Shown in pieces: positions 9,973 to 18,539 of a DNA stretch of 33,427 nucleotides. The position numbers and the translations under genes were made by a program. Source of the stretch: a virus (Duplodnaviria; Caudoviricetes); the IMG/VR virus record IMGVR_UViG_3300030376_003620, positions 1 to 33,427 of that record. One strand, 5' to 3'. Positions within the stretch are counted from its first letter, which is position 1. Each line of letters begins with the position of its first letter. The notes under the pieces were generated by a model. That model worked only from the letters and a program-made list of their open reading frames with translations. It did no database searches and was not told the DNA's origin.

Positions 9973-11276
9973 AAAGGGTCGCCTGGCATTTGCTTGGCGA
10001 CACTTGCTTCTGCTTCTTCCACAGTATCATACAACGTACAACAATCTGGTGAGAATCCAACCGTTGCTTTTCCAGTTGACCCATACCTATTTTTAGCCAC
10101 AACTATATCTAGTCCATACTTTCCATGTTTTGCATTCTCAAAGTTTACAGTCCAAGGATAATGTGTAAACGCTACAATTTCTGCGTCTTGTTCTAGATTA
10201 CCAGACTCGGCAAGGTCACTAAGTTTAGGAATACGTTCTGTCCTATACTCTATATTACGATTAAGTTGTGAAACAAGAATAACTGAAATATTCTCAGACT
10301 TACACAACCATTTATATCTTCTTGATGTATCACCTATTTTCAATCTTAAATCTCTCATATCATTAGTAGGATATTCAATCAAACCTATATGGTCGTCAAT
10401 AACGACGTCAGGTTTTATACGTCTGATTTCACGAAAAGTTCCCTCTAAATTTCTTATGTTATCAAACATAAATAGTTTGTCAGTATACTTTTCTTTAATA
10501 GTATTTAAACTTTTTTCAATTTCTAACTTACTAGTGACTGCGTTATGTCTTAACATATGGTATGTAATACCTTCTGATTCCATAGCAATAAACTTCTTCA
10601 TCATCTCAGTATTAGGCATTTCTCTGTTAAACATAACAACCTTTTTGCCAGACAACACAAGATTTCTAGCTATATTGGCAACTGTTGTGGTTTTAGCATT
10701 TCCAGGTCGCCCAGCAAAAATGGTTATTTCACCCCTGGTCATACCCGATATAATATTGTCTATCGGTGCAAAGCCAGTGGTAGTTAGGTTGCGTTTGGAG
10801 AACAAAGAATCTTTTGTCATAGACAACAAAGTCTCTAAGTCAAACTTTTGTCCAGGTTCTAAATTAAGCAAAGAGCTGGTTGTATCGTGTACATCTACAA
10901 GTAAAGAGCTTATGTCGTTGGCGTCATCAGAAGCTTTGCTTGCAATCTCGTGAGATTGTAATACAAGTTTTCTTCTAAGCCAATCTGAATGCACTTGTTT
11001 TGCATACGACTCTACATTAGCAGTAGTTGGAACTTCTAATCCAGTCAAGTAATATGTAATACCTTTTAACTTGCTAGATATATTAACAGTGTCTACTGGT
11101 ATGTTTTCTGATTTAAGCTCTACAATAGTTTCCCAAATCTTTTTATTCTTCTCTACATAAAAAGCTTCGCTTTCTAAAATATATTCTTTTACAACATCAA
11201 AACATTTTTCTTCTTGTATTACAGAACCAAGCACTGCTCTTTCTGCGTCTTCACTAAATATTCCTAGTCCTTGCAT
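9969..11276 (-). CDS. dnaB: Replicative DNA helicase (DnaB family)
   Basis: N-terminal AERAVLGSVI; Walker A GRPGNAKTT; SQLNR; LSDLAESGNLEQDAE; KNRYG. Confidence 0.93.
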   Translation of the reverse strand: MQGLGIFSEDAERAVLGSVIQEEKCFDVVKEYILESEAFYVEKNKKIWETIVELKSENIPVDTVNISSKLKGITYYLTGLEVPTTANVESYAKQVHSDWLRRKLVLQSHEIASKASDDANDISSLLVDVHDTTSSLLNLEPGQKFDLETLLSMTKDSLFSKRNLTTTGFAPIDNIISGMTRGEITIFAGRPGNAKTTTVANIARNLVLSGKKVVMFNREMPNTEMMKKFIAMESEGITYHMLRHNAVTSKLEIEKSLNTIKEKYTDKLFMFDNIRNLEGTFREIRRIKPDVVIDDHIGLIEYPTNDMRDLRLKIGDTSRRYKWLCKSENISVILVSQLNRNIEYRTERIPKLSDLAESGNLEQDAEIVAFTHYPWTVNFENAKHGKYGLDIVVAKNRYGSTGKATVGFSPDCCTLYDTVEEAEASVAKQMPGDPF

Positions 11277-11623
11277 TTATGACAAACTCCTTTCACCATA
11301 GGTATATTTTTGTATACAGACTGGTCTAGATAACCTGGTTCAAACTTACCGTTGTCCTGCATTTCTATAGCCCAAGCTTGTTTACAAACTGGACATCTAG
11401 TAGGAACTCTGACCATAGAAACATTTTCATATCCAGGTTTTTGTCTTTCTGATAAGAAGTGTGGGTTCTTTCTACCTTCCGCAAAAAGCTTATACACTTC
11501 TTCGTCAAACCATTCTTTGTAATTGTCAGGGTCTACCTGTTTAAAGTAATTTAGGTAAGATTCGAACTCAGCTTTCTCTGAGGCGAACTCTTCCTTTGTC
11601 TTATAATTAAAGACACTTCTCAT
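11264..11623 (-). CDS. Hypothetical zinc-ribbon protein
   Basis: CPVC...CHKC; AGGGAG RBS; overlaps dnaB start. Confidence 0.65.
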   Translation of the reverse strand: MRSVFNYKTKEEFASEKAEFESYLNYFKQVDPDNYKEWFDEEVYKLFAEGRKNPHFLSERQKPGYENVSMVRVPTRCPVCKQAWAIEMQDNGKFEPGYLDQSVYKNIPMVKGVCHKCKD

Positions 11624-11643
11624 ATTGCTCTCCCTATTTTTAA

Positions 11644-11982
11644 TTAGTTGAGTTGAAAAGCTAGTTGGATTAACTCCAACAAATCTTTATATCGAATTGT
11701 TGCATATATTTCTCCTCTATCTTGCTTGATAAGAGTAATATCACAATCGTCAGGTGGCAAAAGATAACTAGCAATAGACTTTCTTACTTTGCATTGAACC
11801 TTCATCTCTCTTGAGGTGCTTTCGTCTAGTAAGTAGTTTATTACTATATCTACTTCAGGAGACATTCCAATACTTCTACCATCACTTCCCCAAGCTCTTT
11901 TTGCGTTGAAGCCGTGTGATTCTGCAATGTCTACACATTCTCTCTCGAATCGATTACCTTTTGCTTTTGATTTACTTGCCAT
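11644..11982 (-). CDS. Holliday junction resolvase (Hjc-like, PD-(D/E)XK fold)
   Basis: SKSKAKGNRFERE N-terminus, EVDIVI, VQCKVRK. Confidence 0.75.
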   Translation of the reverse strand: MASKSKAKGNRFERECVDIAESHGFNAKRAWGSDGRSIGMSPEVDIVINYLLDESTSREMKVQCKVRKSIASYLLPPDDCDITLIKQDRGEIYATIRYKDLLELIQLAFQLN

Positions 11983-11987
11983 ATTAT

Positions 11988-12017
11988 AATATACTTATTT
12001 ATTCTCTTCTTAGTCAA
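11988..12017 (-). promoter_or_regulatory. Promoter, probably leaderless transcript
   Basis: TTGACT-N18-TATATT then 5 nt to ATG 11982; no RBS. Confidence 0.6.
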
Positions 12018-12415
12018 CTCAAATTTTTTAACTTGTCTATATCAAATCTTTCTGCTATTCTTTTAACAAAGTCGTCAAACACCATAAAGGTGTCTTTCCA
12101 CTCTCCGTTGTAGTATACTTTTGTTACAACAGTATTTGCTAAAACGACAGATTGCTCAGGACTTGTGCTATGTGTGGCAATAACTCCTAAGGATATTTTC
12201 CTGGTCGCTCTCCAGGTGTCTACAATTCTTTCTATTACTAGTCTTTGCCCTAATGGAAACGGAGCGTCGTCTTTTTTACAGTCTCCTATTAATAGAAATT
12301 TATTGCCGACTTCAAAACAAAAATCAATATCCGTAGGCGAAACAAGCCCATCTTGCAATCCGTCAAATATTATTGGTTGTTTGAACCTTTTCTCGTATAA
12401 AATTGGTCTTTTCAA
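12014..12415 (-). CDS. Restriction-endonuclease-like (PD-(D/E)XK) hypothetical protein
   Basis: PTDIDFCFE...LLIGDCK...GQRL; TTG start with GAGG upstream. Confidence 0.55.
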   Translation of the reverse strand: MKRPILYEKRFKQPIIFDGLQDGLVSPTDIDFCFEVGNKFLLIGDCKKDDAPFPLGQRLVIERIVDTWRATRKISLGVIATHSTSPEQSVVLANTVVTKVYYNGEWKDTFMVFDDFVKRIAERFDIDKLKNLS

Positions 12416-12427
12416 AAATTTTCCTCT

Positions 12428-12513
12428 CGAGAATGCCCCTCTAAGCGTTTATAATTACACTTTCGACATAAGTGTCGACTAAATAGTGTTTCGTCCATAG
12501 AAGGGCAACCTCG
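12428..12513 (-). other. Long nested stem-loop in intergenic region
   Basis: Minus-strand pairings CGAGG/TCTCG, TGCCCTTCTA/TAGAGGGGCA, ACACT/AGTGT, TCGACA/TGTCGA. Confidence 0.55.
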
Positions 12514-12522
12514 TGCTTAATT

Positions 12523-12756
12523 CTAGTTTAACACTCTTTTTGGAGGGAAAATTACATTTCTAGTACAATCTAGCCAATAAAACGACAAATCTATGTGTTC
12601 ATTGACAATACTTATATTGTATCCCTCTTCAATCATCTTTAATACTACTTTTTTTGTAAAGGAAGGGAATGCTTTAAACTTGACAAAACATTCATTGGTT
12701 GAGGTTATTCCTGTTCTCTCTATCTTTTCCCTTATCTTTTTCTCTTTTAATGTCAT
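12523..12756 (-). CDS. Hypothetical protein
   Basis: 77-aa ORF, GGGAG upstream, in minus-strand operon. Confidence 0.55.
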   Translation of the reverse strand: MTLKEKKIREKIERTGITSTNECFVKFKAFPSFTKKVVLKMIEEGYNISIVNEHIDLSFYWLDCTRNVIFPPKRVLN

Positions 12757-12955
12757 CTGATATCTCCCTATAACGTTTCCTTAAGATGTGGACGAGATAC
12801 TTTTCCTCTCGCCCACTTATTTTCTCTATGTCTTTGAATCCTATTGCGCTAAGTCTTTTAGTCACCAAGACCTCATTGATACCTGGTTGATATCCCATAA
12901 GGTCTTGGAAAGACTTCATAATGGCATTCCATTTACTAATGTCCATTAATCGCAA
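12692..12955 (-). CDS. Hypothetical protein (start probably ATG 12946)
   Basis: ORF in operon; TAATG coupling at 12946. Confidence 0.55.
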   Translation of the reverse strand: MRLMDISKWNAIMKSFQDLMGYQPGINEVLVTKRLSAIGFKDIEKISGREEKYLVHILRKRYREISDDIKREKDKGKDRENRNNLNQ

Positions 12956-13179
12956 GTTTCACAGAAAGAAGGACCCATTACCGTTGCTGCATTTTTTAAG
13001 ACATCTTCTTTAGTCACAGGCTCTGTTTTTTCTATTTCTTCAAACTGAGTCTGAAACTGAGTTTTTAAGTTATGTCTTAATTCAATGGTAGCTTCGTCTT
13101 CTCCCTCTTTCCTGAATAGTTCTAATATTTCTATTAGTCCCATAGCTTCTTCTTTTGTAAGTATGAAAGAATACTTCAT
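12946..13179 (-). CDS. Hypothetical protein
   Basis: 77 aa, TAATG-coupled to the SSB gene; C-terminal CETC. Confidence 0.6.
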   Translation of the reverse strand: MKYSFILTKEEAMGLIEILELFRKEGEDEATIELRHNLKTQFQTQFEEIEKTEPVTKEDVLKNAATVMGPSFCETCD

Positions 13180-13739
13180 TAGAACGGTAATTCGTCTTCT
13201 GTTACTGGTTTGGAAACTTCTCTATTTGATTTAAAGACGTTAACAGCAGTAGGTGTTATTCTTTCTTCTCCTGACTGGTCAGTCCACTTGTCGTGAACTA
13301 CCTTGATAGTCACAGGATTGCCTGAAATATCAGACTCCATAACCATAGGTAATAAATATCTACCTTGGTCGTCTTTCTGCATTTCAAATCCACAAGCTTC
13401 TGCAAATATCATATATCCCTTGTTATTTCCTTGGTTGTCTTCAAGTTTAGGATATTTCTTTTTGTCAGGACTCTTAAATCTAAAGTACCCTTTAGACTTG
13501 ACTTCTCTACCTTTTAAATCAGGATATCTGTCGTCGTCTAGTTTATAGGTAGCTTCAAAGATGTCGCTTAGATATTGATTTCTAACAACGATATCTTTTT
13601 TAATTGTCAGTTTACTGACTATAGCTTCATATGAACCTTCTTCAATAGTAGCATACTTCTTTCCTGCCGTATCTTCTGAAGGATTATAATAAGCTACATT
13701 GTTATCTATGTCGTTTAATACATCGGTAACATCACTCAT
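13179..13739 (-). CDS. Single-stranded DNA-binding protein (DUF669-like)
   Basis: IEEGSYEAIV start of OB-like fold, acidic tail ending EDELPF, adjacent to annealase. Confidence 0.72.
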   Translation of the reverse strand: MSDVTDVLNDIDNNVAYYNPSEDTAGKKYATIEEGSYEAIVSKLTIKKDIVVRNQYLSDIFEATYKLDDDRYPDLKGREVKSKGYFRFKSPDKKKYPKLEDNQGNNKGYMIFAEACGFEMQKDDQGRYLLPMVMESDISGNPVTIKVVHDKWTDQSGEERITPTAVNVFKSNREVSKPVTEDELPF

Positions 13740-14368
13740 TTTTCACTCCCAATTAATTTAGACATTACTTTATCGTAATTGTCTTGATTTATCATTCCAG
13801 ACTTAAGTGCTCTATGCACTTTGTCTGCTTCTTCTTTGTTGTCCATCTCTGCAATAACATCCATAAGATTATTTACTTGGACATCTCCAAGACTCTTATC
13901 TACATATTGCTTGCGATAAACATCGTCTGCTACATTACATAGTCTATTTACTGCAACCTTGAACGCATCCGAGTTAGCAGCTTTTAGGTCATTTCCTAAA
14001 TCTACATACCCTGAGCCATTTCTAGATACTGCTATTCTATGTGCTGCAACTGAGTCAAAACTACGAGGAACACCTTCGTCCATAACTTTAAGACGTCCGT
14101 GAACTACAATAGCTTTATCTCCAAGAGTTTCATATTTGATTACTTCCCAAGACCATATAGGATAATGTTGGTTTAGTCGCCAACGCATATATCCTTCATC
14201 TACATAGTCAAAACCATTTCTACTTTTAACTACGTCGCTTGGAGTAGGTTCTTCTGAAACCTTTTGGTGCTTACGTATCAATATATCATCTGAAGTGTTA
14301 AGCATTGCTTGGTCTTGCAAAGACTCTATATCAGACTGATACATATCTAATTCAGCCATTTTACCCAT
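13736..14368 (-). CDS. Single-strand annealing recombinase, Rad52/Sak-like
   Basis: GFDYVDEGYMRWRLN, WSWEV, GNDLKAANSDAFKVA motifs; between exonuclease and SSB. Confidence 0.8.
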   Translation of the reverse strand: MGKMAELDMYQSDIESLQDQAMLNTSDDILIRKHQKVSEEPTPSDVVKSRNGFDYVDEGYMRWRLNQHYPIWSWEVIKYETLGDKAIVVHGRLKVMDEGVPRSFDSVAAHRIAVSRNGSGYVDLGNDLKAANSDAFKVAVNRLCNVADDVYRKQYVDKSLGDVQVNNLMDVIAEMDNKEEADKVHRALKSGMINQDNYDKVMSKLIGSEK

Positions 14369-15242
14369 TTATACTCCCATTGTTGTAAGGACATAGACTT
14401 CTGACATCGCAATATGCTTGACATTTTCTACCGTCCCAGGTTTGTTCTTTATTACATTTTTGAGGTAAGTTTCCTGTTTCTAAAGCTTTTACAAGCTCAT
14501 CTCTAGCAGAAAGAAACTTATTCTCTAATACTTCATCGTCATACTTAGGTATTTCAATCAGGTAAATATGCTTGTCAAGTCCTCTCTCTCTAGCTACTGC
14601 TAGTCCGCCGTCTCTTAACGTGACTTGTATATACATACTATCTACGTCGTATCCAGCTTTAGTGAGAAGATATCTATACCAATTTACCTGCCAGCCCCAG
14701 TCTCCATAATCAGCTAGACCTTCTTCGCGATACCATTGTTTAATCATTTTAGGAGAACCCTTTTTTCCCCATTTACCGCTTATTTTGTACCTAGCACCAG
14801 ACGGGTCTGGAATTAGTTTATATGTCATCCCTAATAATTTAGCGCATTTGTAAGAGCCAGTGTTCTTATAGTCTAGCAGTGTATTAGTCTCCTTGTCGTA
14901 TAAGTCGGCTATACCAGTTATATCAAACTGTTCTAGTTTTTCTTCTAACAAATGTCTGTCGTCTTCGTGTTGTTCTAGTCGAGCGTGGTGCATTGTTCCT
15001 GCTAGAGAAAATGCTCTATCTTGAGGGTCTATATAGTATTCTTTAGTCCTTTTAAGATAAGATTCACACGCTCCATTTAGAAGTTCAGTGGTAGACGGCT
15101 TTCTATTAGGGTCTCTTTCTTTCGACATTTCAATTAAAGTAGGTAATGACATACCCATTTTAACAATATCAACGTCGCCCTTATTCACGTCTTCAAATGA
15201 TACTTTACTTCCATCGGGGTAAAGAAAACCAATTGCGGGCAT
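14361..15242 (-). CDS. Cas4-like PD-(D/E)XK exonuclease
   Basis: GTMHH, ITGIADL, LLDYK, WQVNWY motifs; N-terminal Cys plus C-terminal CQAYCDVRSLC cluster. Confidence 0.82.
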   Translation of the reverse strand: MPAIGFLYPDGSKVSFEDVNKGDVDIVKMGMSLPTLIEMSKERDPNRKPSTTELLNGACESYLKRTKEYYIDPQDRAFSLAGTMHHARLEQHEDDRHLLEEKLEQFDITGIADLYDKETNTLLDYKNTGSYKCAKLLGMTYKLIPDPSGARYKISGKWGKKGSPKMIKQWYREEGLADYGDWGWQVNWYRYLLTKAGYDVDSMYIQVTLRDGGLAVARERGLDKHIYLIEIPKYDDEVLENKFLSARDELVKALETGNLPQKCNKEQTWDGRKCQAYCDVRSLCPYNNGSING

Positions 15243-15387
15243 TCGTCGTCTCCTTGTTATTTACATAGTCTGTCATCAAACTATGTAATTTATCTTTAAT
15301 TGACACACCTTCTTTTAACGTCTTTGACTTAAACTTTATCCAAAGTTTCTTGTCTACAACGAAAGAAGTTTGATATCTATTTTTCAT
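15205..15387 (-). CDS. Ribbon-helix-helix (ParG/Arc-like) DNA-binding protein
   Basis: QTSFVVDKKLWIKFKSKTLKEGVSIKDKLHSLMTDYV; ATG 15387 lies 5 nt after a -10 box. Confidence 0.7.
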   Translation of the reverse strand: MKNRYQTSFVVDKKLWIKFKSKTLKEGVSIKDKLHSLMTDYVNNKETTNARNWFSLPRWK

Positions 15388-15392
15388 AGTGC

Positions 15393-15422
15393 AATCTACC
15401 ATAATATTCTTACTTGAGTCAA
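15393..15422 (-). promoter_or_regulatory. Promoter, probably leaderless transcript
   Basis: TTGACT-N18-TAGATT with TGn extension. Confidence 0.62.
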
Positions 15423-15438
15423 ATAAAACTTTAAAACT

Positions 15439-15684
15439 TTATAAGTCAAGTTTCATAAGTTCTTTATCGACTGAGTCTTTATCATCTTGAGGTATATAAT
15501 CAAAATAATTACATAATATATTATATCCCTTTTGATATCTTTTATACTGATTAAAGTTTTTATCTACATTTGCTACTGCTTCTGCGTAGTCTTCTTCTAA
15601 TTTCTCTAAATAAAGAAGTAGTGCGTCTAACTCTTTATCTACTCTTTTAAATTGCTCATATCCTTTACTCATTATTTTCTCCAT
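15439..15684 (-). CDS. Hypothetical protein
   Basis: Helical ORF; likely start ATG 15672 after GGAG. Confidence 0.55.
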   Translation of the reverse strand: MEKIMSKGYEQFKRVDKELDALLLYLEKLEEDYAEAVANVDKNFNQYKRYQKGYNILCNYFDYIPQDDKDSVDKELMKLDL

Positions 15685-15868
15685 TTATAGGTTCACTATG
15701 TTCGTCTAATTCGTGATTTTCGCCATTATTATAATCAACGATTTCACTATGCCAACCTGCGCCTTTTATGTATACAGTTTCAATTCTATATCCTAGACTA
15801 TGTAACATAGACGTAGATTTAAGTATGTCTCTTTGTAATCTTATTGCTTTTTTTGCTCTTTTATCCAT
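15665..15868 (-). CDS. Hypothetical protein
   Basis: 67 aa, GGAGGG RBS. Confidence 0.55.
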   Translation of the reverse strand: MDKRAKKAIRLQRDILKSTSMLHSLGYRIETVYIKGAGWHSEIVDYNNGENHELDEHSEPINGENNE

Positions 15869-16023
15869 TTGCCCTCCCTAAGCACAAAATGTCCTAGACT
15901 ATTATTAACTCTTTCTAAGTCTTGGATTAGTCTGTTCATCTTTTCATTGAATATAATATTATTTTTATTCAAATGACCTTCGTGTTTTATAGACCAAGTT
16001 TTGTCTATTATTTCATTACTCAT
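15841..16023 (-). CDS. Hypothetical protein
   Basis: 60 aa, GGAGG RBS, ATGA coupling. Confidence 0.55.
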   Translation of the reverse strand: MSNEIIDKTWSIKHEGHLNKNNIIFNEKMNRLIQDLERVNNSLGHFVLREGKWIKEQKKQ

Positions 16024-16340
16024 TCTTCCTCCAGTTCAAAGTCTGACCAATCAAGACACTCGCTACATATAGCGATACCAATATCTCCATCTTCTACTAC
16101 TTCTGTAATGGCTTTTCCACCACAACATATAGAGGACCAAACCATATCGTCTTTGTCTATCATTTCTACAATACCTTCTTCGTGTTCAATCATCTTTCCC
16201 TCACATTGTTCACATTCTTTAACATTAATACTTGGCTCGTCGCCTTCGTGTCTATTGCCACACTTACAAACAACTGTTGGTTCCCATAGACCTTTAGACG
16301 ACTCGCCCTTTTCAACTGATATAAATCCAAGATAACTCAT
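16020..16340 (-). CDS. Acidic zinc-ribbon protein
   Basis: CKC...CEQC and SICC...CSEC pairs; ATGA coupling. Confidence 0.6.
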   Translation of the reverse strand: MSYLGFISVEKGESSKGLWEPTVVCKCGNRHEGDEPSINVKECEQCEGKMIEHEEGIVEMIDKDDMVWSSICCGGKAITEVVEDGDIGIAICSECLDWSDFELEEE

Positions 16341-16561
16341 CTTTGGTCATTCATATAATCTCTTTGCTTATCATTCCAAGCGTCATAACGCATATCATTG
16401 TCGTTCTCAAACTCTTTGATAGCATTAGCAAACTCGTTGTAAGCAAAGTCTACATCCCATACATCTAGCTCAGTCTCTTCATCGTGAGCGACTGGAATAT
16501 ATATTTTGATGAAAGCAGGGTCGCTTTTCTTACTTATAGTATCGTTCATTTTATTTCCCAT
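16337..16561 (-). CDS. Hypothetical acidic protein
   Basis: 74 aa, D/E-rich, ATGA-coupled to next gene. Confidence 0.55.
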   Translation of the reverse strand: MGNKMNDTISKKSDPAFIKIYIPVAHDEETELDVWDVDFAYNEFANAIKEFENDNDMRYDAWNDKQRDYMNDQR

Positions 16562-16656
16562 TGTTGTATTGCAGGTAGCGTCGCCAGACCAAAGGTTGTA
16601 TTTGCATAACCTCTTTGACTACCTGCAAGTTTAATATAATCTTCATAATTTTTTCT

Positions 16657-16685
16657 AATCTATTAATAATTTTACTCAAAGTCAA
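16657..16685 (-). promoter_or_regulatory. Promoter
   Basis: TTGACT-N17-TAGATT downstream of the amidoligase gene. Confidence 0.55.
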
Positions 16686-16793
16686 GTACTTTATCGTCGC
16701 TTTAGTCCAGCTTAGTCTAGCTATATAACAGATATTAATAAAAAAAACAAGCGACACCTGACTTAAAATCGTCAGGTGTCCTTGCATTGTCGT

Positions 16794-18539
16794 TTATGTA
16801 GTGTATTGACTAAGCATAGAATAGTTCACATCTCTGTAATGAGGAGAAACTTCTGTATTTATGACAAGTGGAAATGTCTGTTTAAATATATCTTTATATT
16901 CAAACATCATAGTCTTGTCATTGTACTCTATGACAGAAGTTATGTTTGCAAAGACATCATCATAGAATTGTCTTGCAGTCTCAGGCAACATAGCACTCTG
17001 TAATTGACTTTTTCTCTTCATAAAGTAATTCCTAGTTTCAGTCGGTATATCAAATATCTCAAAGATATTATCAACTGACATTACTGATTGATTATGTCTC
17101 ATTCTGATATAATCAACCATAGGTTTTATCTGATATGAACTATCTTTTTTGTCTAATCCAATGTATCGTCTTAACATCTCGGAATCTCGTCTGTACATAT
17201 TTATGTCGCTAGACATTCCGATATGCCTATCAGCAACTCCATCAAACCCGACATAAACATCACTATATTTGTCTAAGATTCTGCCACACTTTGAGACAAT
17301 ACGAGGTGGCACGACTAATGACTTGTACAATGTCGTATCTCCAAATTGATAAGGCATACCATTGCAGGCAATTTCATTTGCAATGTCATGACACTTGTCA
17401 ACGACTTTTGTCCAAAAGATTGACCAATGCTTAATCTTGTCAGTTTGTAGTGTTCCTGAATGATACCTAATCTCAATACCTTGATTTGACTGAAAATGAC
17501 AATGCCAATTCAAACCATGGTATCGTTTATCATTGTATTTTTCGTGGGTATAACCTCCATTGTCATAGTAGAACTCTACAAAAGATTCTCTATCTGTGAT
17601 ATATTGGAAGTCATTGACACTTTGACTGACTGGACGACTCCACCTTTGATGACCACTACCATAATATCTCGACTTTGGAAGCCAAGTGTATATATGGGGC
17701 TCTATCATTTTTGTGAAAAATGTCAAAACAGAAGCGTGTAGCCAATCGTAATCTTGGACATCTATATGCAAATGTAAACCTGTTTTGACACTTGCATAAG
17801 CTCCCCAATTATCTTGTAATGTCTGACATATTGTATTGACATCTTTTACCAATATGTCTCCTCGTCTTGGATTCATCACTACTTCGCCTCCGTATGGGTG
17901 CCTATGATTTGTCGTACTAGTATCACTTGTCATACGAAGTCGTCCTAGTGAATGCCACTCTTCAATGTCTGCATTTCTGCTTTTGCCAACTTGCACTCGC
18001 AAGTCGTCTTGTACTGCCGAGAAGGATTCATCCTCATAGAAGTTAGTTTCAATCTCGACGCCAATATTTCTTTTTGACTCAATCAAATAGAAAGTATCTT
18101 TATCGTACATGTCATAACTAGGATTGACAAAAGAACTTCTAGTTTCGACATATTCCTTGGACATAACTTCCCATTCAGGTGTCGAATAGCTTTGTTCATC
18201 GTAGCAAGATTCACAGACATAACCTTCTGTCTCTTCACTCCAATGAGCATCGTCTTGGTGAAGAGTATCGCCGCAACTCTCACAATCGGTGAAGTTCTCG
18301 TGATAACAATCAGTACAATAAGAATCGCCATGTCCATACTCGGCGTCATCTACATGAATCGTCTCCTCACAACTATAACATTCTGTATAATTGACACTAC
18401 AATTATCGCAGACAGGCGAATCATCAGTATTTGTATAACAAAAACTTGACGATGTTGATTCTTGTTCGCCACAATCTGCACATTGGCAAAGTGATTCATT
18501 TATCTCTTGTACTACTTCTTGTCTCATTTCAGGAGGCAT
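16794..18539 (-). CDS. Putative amidoligase (COOH-NH2 ligase, Amidoligase_2-like) with N-terminal zinc-ribbon repeats
   Basis: IGVEIET, SDTS, GGEVVMNP, TGLHLHID, RYHGLNW, IEIRYHSGT motifs; six CxxC motifs in the first ~115 aa. Confidence 0.82.
   Translation of the reverse strand: MPPEMRQEVVQEINESLCQCADCGEQESTSSSFCYTNTDDSPVCDNCSVNYTECYSCEETIHVDDAEYGHGDSYCTDCYHENFTDCESCGDTLHQDDAHWSEETEGYVCESCYDEQSYSTPEWEVMSKEYVETRSSFVNPSYDMYDKDTFYLIESKRNIGVEIETNFYEDESFSAVQDDLRVQVGKSRNADIEEWHSLGRLRMTSDTSTTNHRHPYGGEVVMNPRRGDILVKDVNTICQTLQDNWGAYASVKTGLHLHIDVQDYDWLHASVLTFFTKMIEPHIYTWLPKSRYYGSGHQRWSRPVSQSVNDFQYITDRESFVEFYYDNGGYTHEKYNDKRYHGLNWHCHFQSNQGIEIRYHSGTLQTDKIKHWSIFWTKVVDKCHDIANEIACNGMPYQFGDTTLYKSLVVPPRIVSKCGRILDKYSDVYVGFDGVADRHIGMSSDINMYRRDSEMLRRYIGLDKKDSSYQIKPMVDYIRMRHNQSVMSVDNIFEIFDIPTETRNYFMKRKSQLQSAMLPETARQFYDDVFANITSVIEYNDKTMMFEYKDIFKQTFPLVINTEVSPHYRDVNYSMLSQYTT

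Noticed and set aside
9960-9990. Bidirectional terminator at the convergent junction
   Set aside because: Stop codons overlap (TTAG) with no intergenic space and no convincing hairpin plus U-tract
14361-15242. Cas4-like gene as a sign of a CRISPR-Cas locus
   Set aside because: No repeat-spacer array or other cas genes seen; context is the standard exonuclease-annealase-SSB recombination module
16551-16787. 78-aa ORF as annotated
   Set aside because: Runs through a good promoter (16685-16657); at most the 31-aa part from ATG 16646 is plausible
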